Source: Microbotryum violaceum
Taxonomy: Eukaryota
Length of the DNA stretch: 64,000 bases
Assembly: GCA_001244265.2 (NCBI GenBank)
Contig: CDLV01000015.1
Span: 992,001 to 1,056,000, forward strand
Direction: 5' to 3'
The notes under the pieces were generated by a model that was not told where the DNA came from, did not search any database, and saw nothing but the letters and a program-made list of their open reading frames with translations. The first letter of the stretch is position 1; every line of letters begins with the position of its first letter. Both the position numbers and the translations under genes were made by a program. Of this stretch, positions 61,144 through 64,000 are shown piece by piece.

Positions 61144-63023
61144 TCAGAAAAGCGCTCTCAGGCGTGTCTGGATGCTTTCGTACGACATCACCTCGGCATC
61201 CCAGAGGTCACAAAGTTTAACCTCAAGCATTCCTTCTTCAAGATCGCAGTAAGCCGCGGCAATCGAACAGTTGTCCTTCAGAATCGTCAAAAGGTCTATC
61301 ACACCATGTATGGACCAACGGGACGCGCATGAGCCCAGGAGCTTCATGAAACCGGTTCGCGAACCCAGGCTGCTTTTTTGGGAGAATGCAACGCCAGAAT
61401 CGCCGTCACACCACATGTTCCAAATACGTGTGGCATTCGACTTCTCGAATAAGGGCTCGTCGACAGGTTCAGATTGAAAAACTATGCGGGACGCCACATA
61501 GAAGAACGATTCGATGTCGTGCCAGCGCTCGTGCACCAAACCATCAGTTTCCGGGCTGAGCAGGAGTCGAGAGTAGTATGGTAGCGTACCCTGTCATTGA
61601 TCATGATATGGGTGAGAGGTGGGAAGAATTTAGATTAGTCCAACAACATGTTCAGGGCTATCACGGACGCGTGAACGCACCCAACGGCCGAAGCGACACT
61701 TTTCTTGAGCCGCTCGAGTCTTCTTCACCGCCAGATTGTAGTCGATCAGGATGCCATCGCCGTGTCTGTCAACCATCACGTTAAGGTTCGAAACGTCCGG
61801 TGAATGAAGCCTTCGTTCCAGAGCTCGCGATGCCCTGTCATGTACGGCCAAGGTTGAGTTCATGTACGCCTCACCCACGACGGCACAAACAGCGGGTCGG
61901 TTCCGCTCTGGGCACTCACCCTGAATCACACCCTCGAGAATGCGTGCGAGCTCCTTGGTGTCCTTGACTGTGGCGAGCGACTTGTAGCACTCTTCGTGGA
62001 CGATAACCTCCTTGGCCCGCGGGACAACACCTCTGAATTCGAAGGATTCATCGCCAGGCAGGAACGCGAGGAGGGTCCTGTATTCAGTGCGAAAGAAGCC
62101 GACGAGCGGAGCGAGCCCTCGAGGTCTCTTTTCTTTGATGAAGTTGCGGATGTCGGCTAAGTACGAGTCGTGCAAGCCCAGGACCCACGTGATCGTCATT
62201 GCGCGGGTCTTGCAGCTGGTACCCTCGCCAGTGGTGATTTCGTACGTCGACGTCGCGCGACCGCATGCACTGCGTTGACGGAAGAGAAGCTTCTCGATCT
62301 TGACGTTGGACATCGTCGTTGCTCCCCCGCTGAACTCTGAGGCCGCCGGCGGGAAGAGTCGGGGCAGAGCGTGAACGGGCCGTAGCGGTCGTCGAGTGAG
62401 GTCGTGGTGGCGAGCACACCGTTCAGCCGATCACTGTGTTTGATGAGACGGTACAGAAAGGTTGACAGCTCTCCGTTTTCTTTGGTGACCGTCTTGAGTT
62501 TGGTGAAGAACACGCCGCAAGCAGCCATGACGTAGACTTTGAGACGGTTATCGCGCAACGTGAATCCGATCGCATGCTCTCGAATCGGCGTCGCGAGGAG
62601 TGCCGACAACCGTCCCAACAAAACGTCCTTGGCCCCGGACTCGTTGCCCGCTTTGGTCTCGCCCACAGCGGCCACGTGCGTGAAGGACCGTTTGGCCCGG
62701 TTCAGGTCCTCCTTGGCCTTGGCCTTGTTCTTGTTTTCTTTTTCTGCGTCGTCGTCGTCGTTGTCTTTGTCACCGACGTCGTGATCTTCGGCACCATCGT
62801 CCTGATGCTGGTTCTTGGTTGGCTCGACGAAAAGACGTCGGTCGCGGGCAGTGGACGCTTGGATTGATCGTAGAGCGGAAGAATCACCTCGGACACAAGT
62901 TGCGACGACTGCTTCTGAATGGCGATGTCGTTGCCGAGACACACAAAGTGGGCGAGGATCTGATCGTAGTCGAAAAGGCGCCTGCGCCACTTTCCCACCA
63001 TCGCCCCATCGCCCTAAGCTCAA
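61144..63023 (-). pseudogene. FunK1-like kinase copy 5, distant paralog, frameshifted
   Basis: VAAVGETK, PIREHAIGFTL, CGRATS, DVSNLNVM, LIDYNLA, HERWHDIESFFYV; frameshifts near 62360 and within HRD near 61800. Confidence 0.8.
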
Positions 63024-63284
63024 CTAAGACCTCCCTCTGCACAGCGGACCTACGTGGCCCAAACTGGTGCAATCTTGATCGTGGTTCCACTCAACCTGAA
63101 AAGGCTTAAGGTCAAGTTGAGGAAATATATTTTGATATACTAGTAGGATGGTCGGTCATCCGATGACCGATCGCGATCGAGCGGGTGTGGGGGGCGCCAA
63201 CCGGTCCCAAGTCCCTCCACATCGTCCCCTGGCAGACCACAGTTCGAGTCCTCTCCTCCCCTCCTGGTCTGCATGACCAGCGAG

Positions 63285-63523
63285 GGATCCTTGAACTAAT
63301 TCCAAGTGATTAGATCCCGTCTCAAGCGCTTGCTCGACCTAACAAAAATAAGCGAACAGACCCACAAAGCCCAGATCGGTTTACACGATGGCGTAACTTC
63401 CAGTGGGCCGGGAGCGATGGCTGTACTTACTTGATCTACGACAGTCGATCCGGATCCGATAAGCCAAGAGCCGTAGCCGATCTCGGGGATCCGATGGCCG
63501 TCAGGAAGCCAAATGTGTTCCAT
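63285..63523 (-). pseudogene. Aldo-keto reductase 5' fragment
   Basis: MEHIWLPDGHRIPEIGYGSW..VVDQ, GTAAGT intron, VEQALETGSNHLELVQ (degenerate G..HIDTA motif); no continuation recognised. Confidence 0.6.
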
Positions 63524-64000
63524 CCCATGACTGCGGTGGATTGACGTGGGTTGAATCTGGAGGTGGTGGTGGGCGAGAAAGGAACCGCGTGGCGCGAGAG
63601 CGGAGGACCGCTCTGATGTGGGGCGACGGCAGCAGACGCGGGCGGCGGCGGCTAGGCGGCTATAGCGATCGGGGACGAAAAGTTCTTGTGCGGGAAAGTC
63701 AAATTTCAAGACTATCAGTAAATCGTATGCAAAAACTAAATGGTCCATTAGGCCAGATTTGTGCCCACGTGCAGTGGCCTATACCAACTTCTCTGTGGCC
63801 TGCGTGCTAAGTTTATGGGAACCCTTGTGGGGGAACGCTAGGTTACGAGACCAGAATGGATGTTCAAGCTCGCGAAAGTACCCCAACTCGCACCTCTGGC
63901 ATCCACAAGTCATTGGAGGGAAAAGAAGAGTGGAATGCGGTCTTCGTCAGCATTGCTCAATGCGCAATGGCCAAACCTAACGCCGCATACTCACCGAATA

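Noticed and set aside
1-64000. tRNA, rRNA or other ncRNA genes
   Set aside because: None recognisable by eye; tRNAscan-SE or Infernal would be needed to exclude them.

Overview
Eukaryotic, intron-containing fungal DNA. GT-AG introns, TCG>TTG decay of transposons, FunK1 kinases and the copia/chromovirus/DIRS/Helitron mix point to a basidiomycete, probably Pucciniomycotina (Microbotryum-like); the taxonomy is inference. There are three zones. (1) 1-26 kb is a nested, degenerate transposon pile: an L1/Tx1-like LINE split by two copia elements and a chromovirus, a third copia whose LTR carries a Helitron, and a DIRS/Ngaro-like element split by a fourth copia. (2) 26-40.6 kb is an array of four fungal-type (FunK1) kinase genes. 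Two are tail-to-tail and share a ~1.54-kb near-identical inverted tract but have diverged 3' exons; one is disrupted by a solo LTR in its catalytic loop. (3) 42.7-64 kb holds ordinary genes (small basic protein, CTU2/NCS2, SUR2, CAMKL/MARK-type kinase, Ecl1-like protein), a second Helitron copy, and a fifth frameshifted FunK1 between IRC3-like and aldo-keto reductase gene fragments. Most notable: the potentially invertible FunK1 pair, loss of the beta3 Lys in all five FunK1 copies, a copia with AG..TT LTR ends, a Helitron with a TT start and telomere-like repeats, and a recombinant gypsy joining two unrelated loci. All calls come from motif recognition by eye; no database searches were run.
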